Shown here: piece after piece, positions 21,228 to 36,797 of the stretch
Layout: every line of letters starts with the position of its first letter
Numbering within the stretch: position 1 is the first letter of the stretch
Assembly: GCA_002104945.1 (NCBI GenBank)
Contig: MCFH01000044.1
Location: 407,332-471,331, forward strand
Source: Piromyces finnis finn
Taxonomy: Eukaryota; Fungi; Neocallimastigomycota
Length of the DNA: 64,000 nucleotides
Direction: 5' to 3'
Notes under the pieces: model-generated
What the model was told of the DNA's origin: nothing
The model's input: only the letters and a program-made list of their open reading frames with translations
The model's database searches: none
Translations under genes and position numbers: made by a program

Positions 21228-22592
21228 CACATATCATAATAAAAACATAATAAAAAATCATTAGTAACTATTTTGATCTATTCTGATGTAGATCCTTTAC
21301 TGTTTTTTTTTTATTGTAATAAAGAAAATAAAAATATAAATAATATTTCTAACATGATAACTAATTTTACAACAGAAAATGATTTTCATATCTAATTTAT
21401 AAAATTACAAACTATACCATTATCAATTATTTATTCATTTTTAACATTTTTCTATTAATTTCTAAATAAATAAAAAAAAAATAGAGATCATAAACCTAAC
21501 ACAAGAATGAAACTGATTTTTTTATAAGTCTAATAATTCAGAGTTATCAATATCATAAATTTTATTTAATTTTCTTGAAGGTGAAAATATAAAATTTTTT
21601 AAGGCTATTCTAATAACTAGAAACTAAACTAATTATTGATAATAAGGAAATAATGTAAATCTTTTTTAATAATTAATTTTTATATTTTAAAATACTGAAA
21701 GAAAATGTATTTCTTGTTTTATTTATATAATTATAATACTAAAATATTTGATAAGAAATAACATATATAAATATACAATAAAATATAAAAAATTATAAGT
21801 TTCATAACATTCATGTGAACTCTAATGTTTAATCAACTTTGTCTTTGTAATTACTAACATTTCCAATAAAGCATTTGAATACGTTTTAAAAATATATTGA
21901 ATAAATATAATTTATTTATAATAGTGTAATTTTAATGTGAGACATGATATAAATTTTCATCGCTATATTGATTTATTGTTTATTTTTATTTTTGTGTATA
22001 TGTCAAGTATTTGATGAAAACAAATAATTTATGTTTGGTTGTTGAGTAAATGTATTTATGATTCCTATTATTTTTTTTTTTTTTTAACTACAACAAATAT
22101 TTTAAGATCTTTATTATTATTTCTCTTTTATTAAAAAGAGGGAAAAAATAATAATAATAATTAAAATAAAAACTTTCCAAAAGAAAAAACTATATCAATC
22201 ATTAAAATTAAATAATAATTATCTATTTTTACCATAGCCTTATAAAATTCAGTATCTATCAACAATTCTCCGCTAATATTTTTTATAATTTTTTTTTTAT
22301 TTTATTTTATTTATACAATGTTTAATTTTAAAATTTTAAAAGAGCGTTTTTATTATATATTATAATTTTATTTCTCTTATTTATATCTAATAAGAACTGT
22401 TATTTTTTGTTTTTTGTTTATTATTAATTATATAATTTTTTATTTTTTATCTTTCTAAATTGCTTTTATATATAATTAATTTAAAATTAAAAAAATTTAT
22501 AAGATAAAAGATATAATGAATGAAACGATTTTGTTCTTTGTTCTTTGTTTTTGTTTTGATTATTTCGTTTTTTCGTTTTTTTCGTTGTTATT

Positions 22593-22624
<32 letters not shown>

Positions 22625-23228
22625 CATTTCGTTACTTTTTATAATAAACTTCCTTTTTTTTAAATATTTTTTCTTCTTTTTTTTTTCTTGATCTACAACT
22701 TTTTAAATTTTCTACCTCATTATTTTATCGAAAGAATTATTTTAAAAGATTATTATATATTTTTTATAAAACTTTAAAAAACATATATAAATAAAAAATT
22801 TTGGGTAAAATATATATATATTTATTTAGGTTTTAATTAAAAATATATAATAGATCTTTTAAATAAAATATTTCTTTTCTTTTATAGAAAATACAGAGGT
22901 ATACATTTAAAAGTATTATTTTTCAAGGATGGTAAAAACAGAAAAATATTAATATTTAAAAAAAATACTTTTTGTTTATAAATTAAAAAAATAGATAAAA
23001 AAATTGAAAATAAATAATTTATATTTATAATATTCTTTTCTTTCCTCTAAAATAAAAATCTAAATAAGAATGGAATATAATATCTTTTCATGATAAAGGT
23101 TAAAAGATAATAGAATGTTTCAAAAGTGGGTAAATTATAAAATTCTTTTCACTAAAAAAAAATAACATTTTTAATTAAAAAATTTTATATTATAGGAATA
23201 TATGATGTTTCAAAAACTATTGATTTAT

Positions 23229-25338
<2,110 letters not shown>

Positions 25339-27849
25339 TTATATATAATAATAATATTAATAATTCTATCCATACATATTTACTTACAAATTTATTAATA
25401 TTTTCTTATTAAATTTTTTTTCTATTATAAACATTTATTTTTTATGATATTTTTAACTATCTATTTTCAATTTTTCATTCTATCTAAAATTATTTCGATA
25501 TTCTTTATTTTTATTTAATTAATTTCAATCGTCCATCTATTATCAATTAAAAATATTATACAATTATTACTTATTAAAATAATATTTTACTTTATATGTA
25601 TATATATTAAATAAATAGTTTTAAATGAGGGTATATATAAATATTTTTTTTGATTGTGTTAAGGTATTAATAAATTAATTTTTAAAGATAGTATATTTAT
25701 TTTTATATTATAATTTAACAATTTAACGTTTTTATATATTATTATTTTCTATATATTGTTAATTTTTTTGTCTGCACTTTAATTACTTATTTATATTTTC
25801 TTTTTTTTTTTTTTTTTGAAAAACTTTTTACCTTTATATATAAAATATTCCTTTTAAAAATGTTATAAATTAATAATTAGAATAATATTTAGCAAAGAGA
25901 AAAAAAAAAAAGAAAAAAAAGAAAAAAAAAACCGTAATTGTTTCCTTAAATTATTAAAAAAATTTTCGTTATTACTTTTTCCATACATTATTAATAAAAA
26001 TCACACTTTTTTGTTATAATATGTAATATTTGAATAGATTAATGGAATAAAAAAATTATTTTATCCAGAAATTGCTAGTAAATATAACTCTAATTAATAT
26101 AAATTGTTTTGCAACACTTTTTTTATAAATTGATTAATATAATAAACTCATAATATTAATATATTATAATATATTTAAACTGAAGTTGGTTAGAAATAGT
26201 ATAATATATCAATATTTGGCATATATTAATTCAAATATCAAAAACCATTTTTAATATTTTTAATATTATTTTAGTATAACAGTACATATATTAAAATATA
26301 TTAAACATTTAGTTTAAAAAAATAAAACTAAGAAGTTTAAAGTTTATATTTCAATTATAATATATTGTCAATAAATTATAATATATATTAAATATTTTTT
26401 TTTAATTATTACCTTTAAAATAATTCATTTTTGAAATTGATATGTATAAAATTTTCAGAAATGATATATAAAAATTTATTGAATGCTAATATGTATTATA
26501 TGTTTATAGTTTACAAACCCACCACTCACAAGCATAAAAAATAGCTATGGAAAAATCATAAAATTAAAGGAAAAAACTCCTTCAATTAATTGAAAAATTA
26601 AATTTTGAATCTATAAAAGATGTAGCCTATAATTACTTAAAATTATAATTAGATATACAACATCCGATGGAACTATTAGACAATTAAATCATATGAAAGA
26701 ACGAAGGAGATATTCTCAAAAAATTGGAAATTCTTGTATTATCAATTATAAAATTTACATTAATAATAATATGCAAATTTTTATTTTTTATTATTATAAA
26801 TATTATGAAATTTAAAATAATTACTATTAATGTTAATTACATATTAAAATAATAAATAATTAAAATATAAATGTAAAAAAATATTTAATCATTAATATTT
26901 TTATTTAAAAAACTTATATTCATTTTTTCTAATTTTAAATCATAAAAAATTAATATAACAGAAAAGATACATCTATTTTTATTTTTATATTATCTATAAA
27001 AAAAATATAAATAAGCACATAATTTTTATTATTGAAATAGTCTAACCTTTCCAAAACTATATTAATATTTCCTTTTTTAGTATTAACCAGTTTGTTGTAA
27101 TTAACTAATTTCTATAAAGTAAACATTTTTTTAAGAATAAAAGATAAATAAAACATTTTGTTTAATAAATATAATTGTAAATATTTCAAAATAGTTTCTT
27201 TTTATTATTTTCATTTCAATATCTATATAACCATTTTAAAACTATTATTTGGAATATAAAAGTTTAATACATAAATTAATTAATTTTTTTATGTCAAAAT
27301 TTAAAGTTTTGTAGATTCATTTTTTTCCATGACGTATATATACGATTTTTTTTTTTTTTTTTGTAAAAAATCATATATAAGAATTTTAACCCGTTTTTTA
27401 GAAACAAAATTTTAAATCCGAATATAATCCGAATATATTCATCAAAAATGATTGGTTTATATTTTTCTTTTCTATCAATGTTTAAAGTTTATATATTTAT
27501 GTATGTACATATTTTAATTTATTGTGTAATTAAATTTATCCAAATTTTTTTTAAAGATTTTACCTAACCTTTTAAACTGACATGATTTGGATGAATATAA
27601 AATTAATATTGAGTGGAAAATTAATGATAAAAAATATTTTTATCTCTATCTCTATAATAATAGTAAAATTATTATGAACTAAAATATATATTAATATTAA
27701 TCATGATATAAAAATTTTATTTATTTTTATTTTATTATTATTGGTTAATATTCTTATCTACCAATCATATCGTTTTATATTTAATCCATGATATTTTCAT
27801 TTTTTGAAAATAATATTATTTAAATATATAAATTATTCTCATATAAAAC

Positions 27850-28119
27850 AGTTGGATATAGTGGTGTATATCTGTAAGCTAAATGTCTGAGCAACTGGAT
27901 GTAGAATAGTATGAGTTATGAGATTGTGATTTAGGACTTTCTTATGTAGAGAGTTGGTCTTATTCAAGTACTGAGTTAACATTAGTTAGAAGATGTAGGT
28001 CTTCTGACAAGGTTATTAACGAAGTGGGTAATGCGTGAGGCTGGTAACAGAGCAGCGAAAACCACTCGCTTGGTACGGTGATTGAGATAGCTGGCTTGAG
28101 TAAGAACCTATTTCTGCTT
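27850..28119 (+). ncRNA. Signal recognition particle RNA (7SL/SCR1)
   Basis: GC-richer island. Helix 8 signature AGG-CTG-GTAA-CAG-AGCAG (28038..28055, GNRA loop). Helix 6 stem 27985..27994/27999..28008 with GTAG (GNAR) loop. Alu domain: helix 3 GATATA-GTGGTG-TATATC (27855..27872), UGUNR motif TGTAA (27873..27877), short helix 4. Helix 5 pairs GTAGAATAG with CTATTTCTGC near the 3' end. A T-run follows at about 28147. Ends are approximate. Confidence 0.88.
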
Positions 28120-29696
28120 ATAACAATAGTTACTAAACGAAATTCCTTTTTTATTTTTTTTACTTTTATTTTAATAAAATAAATTTAATATCGAAAAAAT
28201 TTGAAAATTTATTATGGTAATTAAATATTATATATTTATTAATATAAAACAATATTTATGTATTATACATAAAATAAAGACATAAAAATTTTTTTTGAAA
28301 ACTTATATAAAGGTTAGAATTTAAGATTTATTTATTTTAAGACTTGATATGAATTAAGCATTAGTAGGATTATTCTTCTATGAATAGTTATATAATTGAG
28401 AAATAATAAGAGGCATTAATTTTTTGTTTTAACAAAATATTTTGAATTTTTCTAAATTTTAGTTGTTACAAAGTAAATAAGTAATATTAAAAATACTTTA
28501 TTATGTAAAATGATAAAGTTTTTAATTAGTAAATATGTAATAAATGTAATAAATAATTATATAATTTTAACTGTTAGTAAATGAATTAAAGAATCTATTC
28601 TATTTTTCTGTTATTATTATTTTTTTTTCTTATTCCATCATTTTAATAAATATTTACTTATTTCTATTTTTCTATTTTTCTATTTTCATTTTTTTTTTTA
28701 TAAATATATACTATCATTTATTATAAAAATGAATACTCTATTTTTCTAAGAAAAATTATAATCTTTTTTTTGCACTGCTTCTGTAATACAAAGAAAATAC
28801 TTAATATAAAAAAATTAAAGCAATAATACCAATTTTGAAAAGTAAGAATATGAAAGATAAGAAAAAAAGAATTTTCAAATTTCTTTTTTCTTTATATTTA
28901 ATATATATAATAATATAACATTAATATTAATATATATTTATTAAATATTTTAAAAAAATATATTTAATATAATGTATTACAAATATAATAAATACTATAG
29001 ATACTTTATTATTTAAAAAGAATGAATGTGTATTTAAATTAAAATAGTTAAAGTAAATCAAACATATTTTATGCTTTCTTAAAAAACCATTCTTTCTAAA
29101 GATAATTGTTAAGTGATATTATTAAATAAAATTTGAAGGTAAAGTAAAAAAATGCTTTTAAAATATTATTTTAAATTTAATTTAAATTTAATAAAGTTAG
29201 TAAGTAATAAGGTTTTTATTTAATAGTTGAAATTTAATATAATTCTTATTATTACAATATATTAAAATTTATTAATTTTACAATGTATAGATAAACCATA
29301 ATAGATAATTAATTAAATAATAGAATTTATCATTTTATATATATTTTCAATAAATTGCAATATATGGAGAAAACATAGATTTAGGAAATATATTTTAGTT
29401 TATTAAGTTTCTTGTTATATGATTGGTAAATAATTTAATATTTGTATAGTATTCATATGAATGAATAAATATTATATCATTAAATATGATTATCAATGAA
29501 AATGTATATAAGACTAAAAAATGCCTAAAAATTTTTTATCAACGTTTTTTTCTTCTCTAATTTTTATTTGGTTTTATTGACATTTTAATTAGTGAATGTC
29601 AAAATATTAATTGCTATTTCATAATAATTTTAGAGATTATATTTTATTCTTTATAAAAATAACTTCATTAAAAAATAATACTGTTAATTTTAAAAT

Positions 29697-30983
29697 ATGA
29701 TTAATTTTGAAGATTTAAGTATTTATTATGAAGATGAAGATATAAAAGCATTTTATGATGAATATAATACAATTTGTAATCCAAACAAATTATTAGAAAT
29801 AGCTAAAAGAGGCATTTTACTCTATGAACCATTAGATTCTTTGAAGTTAATACATCCATATCTTGTAGATATAAGTGTATTAGCACATCAGAATTATATG
29901 ATTTCAAATATTGATCAATACAATAGGATTAAGAGTCTTATCGTCAGTGATATATATGATGAGTATAGCCAAAACAATATTTTAAATTTACTAATTATAA
30001 ACAAAACATTTATAGATTTTTTTATTTTTGATACTGAATTCATTGAATTCCTTATGAATGATAACAAAAATGACAACTTTAATAATTATAACTATGTACG
30101 TATAATACATAAGTTAGTAGAATATGGCTACGTTGAGGAAACAGTAGTTAGAGACTTTTTCTCTCAAGATATTCTTCAAAATACTTCATTTTTATCTACT
30201 ATTAATGATAGATTATCTGGTGATTCGAATTCTAATAATAGCATTGACAAAGAATTATTAGATATAAATATGAATTATATTAATATGGTAAATGATAGTC
30301 AAGACGATGAAGGATTAGCTGCTAATAAAAGTGAAATTGAAAACTGTAAAGAAATAGTAACTTTACATAATTTCTTCTATTTAAATAATAGAGTGGAAGA
30401 ATTCCTTAATATCTTTAACAATTGTAATTTAATTGACTTTGAGAGAATGTTAAATACTAAAGATTGTGAGGATATATTAAACCATATATTAGATAACCAA
30501 AATGATATTAATCCATATAATATAGAAGTCTTAAATAAAAGTCAGCAAAATACTCTCTTATTAGAGAATATCAATGATATTAACTTGATTTATTTATTTG
30601 AGAATAATCCAAGTATATTTAGAAAATTTGATATGCATGCCACATTTGAAAAATTCCCTGTAAGTTTTCCTATTAAAATTATGCAGAAATATTTCCATGT
30701 TTTTGTCAATTATATAAATCAAATACATTTTGAATATCAAAATTCTTACATTAGTGAATTGATGAATGGCTGTAAAAATGATGAATTTTTAGATATTTTG
30801 AGTCATTTCGGTTTTGTAAATCCAGACACTTTAAACGATCTACCATTGTACCATAGAAAACATATCAGTAATTATCAAGCTTTATTAAGTCTTGAGCAAG
30901 AAAAACTTTTAATTAATCAAGAATGTGAAAATTCATATTTACAAAGTTTATCACTAGGTGGTGTTCCATTTCTTTCATTATAA
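29697..30983 (+). CDS. Hypothetical 428-aa intronless protein, no recognised domain
   Basis: A long open frame in ~85% AT DNA is unlikely by chance. The sequence is acidic and Asn/Ile/Leu-rich, with no motif I recognise. Confidence 0.7.
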   Translation: MINFEDLSIYYEDEDIKAFYDEYNTICNPNKLLEIAKRGILLYEPLDSLKLIHPYLVDISVLAHQNYMISNIDQYNRIKSLIVSDIYDEYSQNNILNLLIINKTFIDFFIFDTEFIEFLMNDNKNDNFNNYNYVRIIHKLVEYGYVEETVVRDFFSQDILQNTSFLSTINDRLSGDSNSNNSIDKELLDINMNYINMVNDSQDDEGLAANKSEIENCKEIVTLHNFFYLNNRVEEFLNIFNNCNLIDFERMLNTKDCEDILNHILDNQNDINPYNIEVLNKSQQNTLLLENINDINLIYLFENNPSIFRKFDMHATFEKFPVSFPIKIMQKYFHVFVNYINQIHFEYQNSYISELMNGCKNDEFLDILSHFGFVNPDTLNDLPLYHRKHISNYQALLSLEQEKLLINQECENSYLQSLSLGGVPFLSL

Positions 30984-33059
30984 TTTTTCTTCACCAAGAA
31001 ATCTAACTTATAAGTAAAACAATACACAAAAACTACACCAATAATTAAATATTTTCTTCTTCTTTTTTAATTTATTCTTTATTATAATTCCAACTTTGCA
31101 ATTTATTATTTTTATTAATAGTTATTTTCTTAGTTTTATATAAACAATTGTTATTGAAAAATCCAAAAAAAAAATCCGGAAGAAAATATAAAATATATAT
31201 TCTTTTGAATTTACTCAATCTAATTATTAATATTTATATATTCATATGATAAGCCAAATTTACAAGAGCATTTATAATATATATAAGATAAAATAGGCAA
31301 GTTTATCAAATTAATATCCATTTATGTTAAATGGTAACAATTGAATAATTATTACAGTAAATGTGATTTAAGTTTTTTTTAAAAACTATGTCAGTAGCAA
31401 TTTATCTATTACTATTATTATAAATGTTTAATCAACTTAAAATAATGTATTTGATAAATTGCTTGTTATTTAAATCACAATAATAATATTTATATATTGA
31501 AAGTAAAGTTATTTTCAATTTATATAAAATCACGAATCAGCGTGTTATCATTTGATATAAGAATAATATTATTGTTCTTCAATTCAAGCTACATATATTG
31601 AATTAAGCTCAAAGTGTTGTTAAATATTAAATAGAAAGTTTTTCAGTGATTGATTTATATTTATTATTAATATAATATCAAGAATATTTTTGATATTAAA
31701 AATATAAAATATAAATTTTAGATACTTTCATGTTAAATTATTATTGGCAATTTCAATAACATTGTCTTAAATTAATTTCAATAGCTTATCTTTTTATTAT
31801 GAAGAAAATCAATTAATTATTAGTTGCTTTATATAAATATATATAAAAGATATGCTACAATAGAAATATGAAACATATGAATAATGTATTATAAAAAAAG
31901 GTAAAAAAGAAAGGAATAGCACTTTAAAAGTGTTAATACGAGAAAGAAAAGATATAAAAAAGGAAGAAAGAATATTATAAGAAGAAAATAAAACCATAAC
32001 CACTATTGTCACGAATAATGTTTTCAACAATAATTGTTTTAATTATAAGAAATGGATAAATTATTTAATTCATATACCAAAATAACTAACTAGTTATTTA
32101 AAATTTTAAAATAAAAAGTAACCTAAGGAAATAATAATAGAGTTATTATTCTGAAAAAGTTAATATATAGATTTATTATAGAGAAAGGCAATAATAATGA
32201 TATTGCTGAGTAAAACAAAAAAAAAAAAAAAACTAAATTATTTTTTAAAAGTATCATAATTTTAACTTAAGTAACAACTCAAAATCAAACTAGATTTAAT
32301 TTTTTTTTTATTAAAAAAAAATTGAAAAAATAACAAATAATTTATCTCTATACAACGTAGAAAAATTAAAAACAAAAGGAAAAATGTAATTAAATATGTA
32401 TTTATATTTAATTACTTTATCATAAAAAAATCTATAAATGTTTATAAAATCAAAAAAACCCAATGAAATAGCAATTTATTTTTTTTTTAAAAAAAAATAA
32501 TTGATTAAAATTATTTTTTTTTACAATTTAAGCTTTTTGCTTAAAAATCATAAAAATTAGAAATCAAAATTAATGATTCCTTTTTTTTTCTTTTTTTTTT
32601 TTAAAAAAAGATAAAAAATCAACAATATATAAATAATTGATTGAAATTATTTTATATTAATATTATTTTTATTTTAATTTATTGTATTAAGCAATATAAT
32701 TTATATTAAAAATAAAACCAAAAAAAAAAAAAAAAGCAAAAAACTAAAAAACAAAAAGACAAAAAAAACCAAAAAACTAAAAATAATAAATATTATTATA
32801 TAATATTTTTATTTAATTTTAAAAACTATAACATATTATATATTTATAATAATATATTAAAACCTATTGATTTTAGCAATTAAATAAATATAATAATAAT
32901 AACAAAAAAAATAATAAAAAAACAAAATAAAAAATATATATAAAAAATCGTTATATATAAGTTTTTTTATATTTTTCTTTTTTTTCTTTTTTTTCTTTTT
33001 GTAGTTAAATAAATAATTATATATCTTAATTTTTATAATAATTTGCTGTGAGTTTGATT

Positions 33060-33384
33060 GGCTATTTCTTTTATATTGACTTTGATTTTGTTGAGATTTT
33101 ATGATAAAAATTGAGTATACGATAGTAAAAATATTACTAAAGTATTAGTAACTATTGTTTCTATTCCTAAGAAGGGTGATTTGACAGATTGTGATAACTA
33201 CCGAGGTATATCACTTATCAATAATGGTATTAAGTTGGCTTCAAAAAATGCTACCACTAAAATTTCAGAATATGTCTTAAAAATAATTTCATTAGGCCCG
33301 AACAGTTTGGTTTTCGAAAAAAGGAAGAAAGTATCAGTCTTTTCATTTCAGTTATTAATAATAAAGTTTAAAATATTTGATGCC

Positions 33385-33418
<34 letters not shown>

Positions 33419-35214
33419 TTCAATTCAAGAAATATGTCGTAGACGTTATTTAGATATTAAAGAGACATATTTAGATATTAGGAAAGCATACGATTCAGTC
33501 CCAATAGGTAATATTCTCCATAAATTAGATTGTTTAGGAATTAGAGGTAAGAGTATACAATTTATCAAAAATTTATATTTAACATCTAAGGCTAATGTCA
33601 AATTAGATGGTCAATTCTCGAAATATTATGATGTGAAGAAAGAAATCTGTTAAGGTTGCCAATTTTCTCCTATTCTTTTTAATATCTTTATTAATAATAT
33701 TTTTAAAGAGTGCGAAAATCTTGGTGTTAGTTTAGGAGACATTCGATGTTGTGGTGGACTTTTTGCAGATGATATAGTTATTTGTGCTCCATCAAGAAGA
33801 TGCTTAAAAAAGTTGCTAAAGAGAGTTAATGAATGGGCTTTCTATAATGAAATGGAATTTGGTATCCAGAAATGTTTAACGATGGTGATTCGTTCTGAAT
33901 CATTAAAAAATCAGAACAAGAAAGATCCAACATTTTACTTAGCAGGACAACCTATTCCAACTACTGATTGTTATACTTATCTTGGTGTTCCATTTGATAA
34001 GAATTTGTCCCTTAAACCAGTAATTAAAGCTCTTAATAACAAGGTTTTGAAAGGACTTTTTTCAGTCAGCAAATTCCTAAGAAATCCTAATATTCCTATT
34101 TCTTTCAAAAAGCTAGTACTTAACTCACAAGTGATTAGCAGAATTTCATACTTTGCACCATTACTTGGATCCAACAAAGCTAGGTCTAGGATTGCTCAGA
34201 AGATTGTTAACAAAGGAATACGATGGGTTGCCGGAGTTCATAAAGCTGTATCATTTATATCTTTATACTCTATCTCAAAAGATTTGAATATTCCTCCATT
34301 GTCAGCCAAATGTGCGTTAGCTCAGGTTAGATGTTTTAACAAATGGAAAAACTCGAATTGTATTATCTCATACCTTATCAGTTACATTCCTAAATTTAGA
34401 AAATATACATGGTGCAAATCAAGTAGGACTCTTGATAAAAAAATTAAAGACGGAGATGTTAAAGCAGTTAAAAATTTTTATTGGAAAGATCTCAAAGGAA
34501 ATTCAAGCAAAACTCAATACTATGACGACAATAAATATATTGAAATTAAAGATTTTATTAAATTGTGCTACAAGTATCCCGAATTTGCCTATGATTTTTA
34601 CTGGCTATTGAAAGCAAGGAGCGGATTCAAATTGGATGCTAGAATTGCAAAAGCTGCTAAATTTGTTGATCCAGTTTGTCCTAACTACTGTCCATGTTGC
34701 AAGAGTGGAGATCAAAGTATTTAACATTGGTTATTAGATTGTCCAACTTTTAGAGAATGGAAAGAATTTTGTAAATGACAGATTCAATTGGACACTTACG
34801 AAAGAACACCATTCTTGACGGTAACAGAGGAACTTCTAACCAAAATTATGTCTTTTGTTATTAGCAAGCAATGTTTAATTACCAAAAGATTTGAAGTGAA
34901 GAAACAGTAAGACAGGCCAGGAGGACCAGCGCAACCAATGGAGATCAAAATTTTGTCCATGACAAAATTTTGATCTTTGACTCGGTGTTCCATCGGCAGT
35001 CAAATACAATTATTGTACTTTAGTATAATAGTGGCTTTCTTACTTTAATTAAAATTAATAAAATACATTATACCCAATTTTTATTCATTTGTGTTTATTT
35101 AAACATATTTTTTTTTTTTTTTAATTTTTATATTTATTTTTAATTTTGTTTTTTATAACATGTTTTATAATAATAAGGTTTAAAAATATTTGATGCCATT
35201 AAAAAAAAAAAAAA
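33060..35214 (+). mobile_element. 5'-truncated, decayed non-LTR retrotransposon (LINE) with RT and C-terminal CCHC region; probable 3' end with poly(A) at 35201..35214
   Basis: Translated fragments: IVSIPKKGDLTDCDNYRGISLI, QFGFRKKEE, DIRKAYDSV, C*GCQFSPILFNIFIN, GGLFADDIV, FGIQKC, YTYLGVPF, CPCC...I*HWLLDC. Frameshifts and stops are present, and the 5' boundary is approximate. Confidence 0.9.
33351..33414 (+). mobile_element. 64-bp poly(A)-tailed retroposed insertion inside the LINE RT
   Basis: 37 nt plus A27, flanked by an 8-bp direct repeat TCATTTCA (33343..33350 and 33415..33422). Removing it restores ...SLFISIQEICRRR in the RT frame. Confidence 0.8.
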
Positions 35215-35947
35215 TGAAAATAAAAATAAAAAAAAAAATCAATACTAAAACTTGATTTAAAGTGCTAATGCTGGATAAGAAAAAAAATTAGTAGAGAAAG
35301 CACAACTAATTATAATTTCATTTTCTGGATAAATTTTATTTTTAGTTTCATTAAGTATAATTATTATACTCAAATATAAATTATTAATATTAATTTAAAC
35401 ATTTCTTTAATAAAGCAATATTTTATTAATACTAGTCTTTAAAAGTGTCAGAAAACTTTAAATTCATTTATTACATACAAAAATCAATAATAAAATTTGT
35501 ATTTGAATTTTATTATATGGGAAGCGTTGTTTTAAATATTTTGATTTAAATGAAGAAAATATTAACTTATTTTTATTTAGTATTTTAATTAATTTTATTA
35601 ATAATGTAAAAGAATATAAATAATAAATATGAAAGATATAGTATTTAACAATAAATAAAATAAAAGATAATTTTTATTATAATTTATTTAATACTTAATT
35701 TTAATCTATAATTAAATACTAAACATTCAATAGAAATTCCTTTGAAAGAATAATACACTAATTATTTTTTTATCAATCAAAGTATATGTCCCATATATAT
35801 TTCAAAAGGGTAAAATTAAGATTTCTCTCCTTAAGTATAGTTACTAATTTCATATCATTTTATAGCTTTAAAAAATAAATATTAAAAAAGCACGAGATTA
35901 AATAAGAAATTCAATTACAAAAACTTCATAAATAATGAAATATCCTC

Positions 35948-36075
<128 letters not shown>

Positions 36076-36797
36076 TTATATTTAATATTTCTATTTTGAT
36101 AAAAGTAAAATAAAAAAATTATAAAGAAGATATTATTTAATAGCATTTAGAATTTTCTTTAATGCTTATATTTTGTAGTTATTATAAAATATTTTAAAAT
36201 TAATTAAATTCTCCTAATTTTATTATAAGGAATTATAAGTAAGTGAATAAATTACAACAATATATTATATTATAATAAAATATATGTTGATATAGAATTA
36301 ATATTATTAAATTTCATTTTTATTAATAAGTAACACAAAAACTTTTGTGTAAAAAATAAATGTTAATCTTTATATAAAAAATTAATTCATTAATTTTATA
36401 TATAAATAACTTAAAATATCAATATATCTTATTATACATTAATATATTATAATATATTATACCAAATCTATTAAAACATTTTTTGACTGAATTTTTATAA
36501 AATAAAAAAAGAGTTTATTTTTCCTTTTTTTTTTTTTTTATAAAATTTTAAAACGCAAAATTATATATATTTATACACTTTTATAAATTAGTGTATATAG
36601 GCTAATAAAATAAAAAAATAAAAAAAATAAAAAACAATTTATTATTTTTATTTAATAAAATATATCGACATAATAATTGTTGATTTATTATTGCATTAAA
36701 AATATAACAAATTTAAATCTATTGAACAAATATTGTGTTATTTTAAATTTAATATCTACTCTAAAAATTTATCATTAAAAGGTATATTATATAAAAT

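Noticed and set aside
22005-22055. TGATGA box suggesting a C/D snoRNA
   Set aside because: No CTGA D box or terminal stem at a suitable distance.
31809-32030. 73-aa hydrophobic ORF
   Set aside because: Non-ATG start, with hydrophobicity explained by T-rich sequence; no splice or motif support.
34900-35010. Possible self-cleaving ribozyme near the LINE end
   Set aside because: No CUGAnGA/GAAA hammerhead core or HDV-type nested pseudoknot found by eye; kept only as hairpins.
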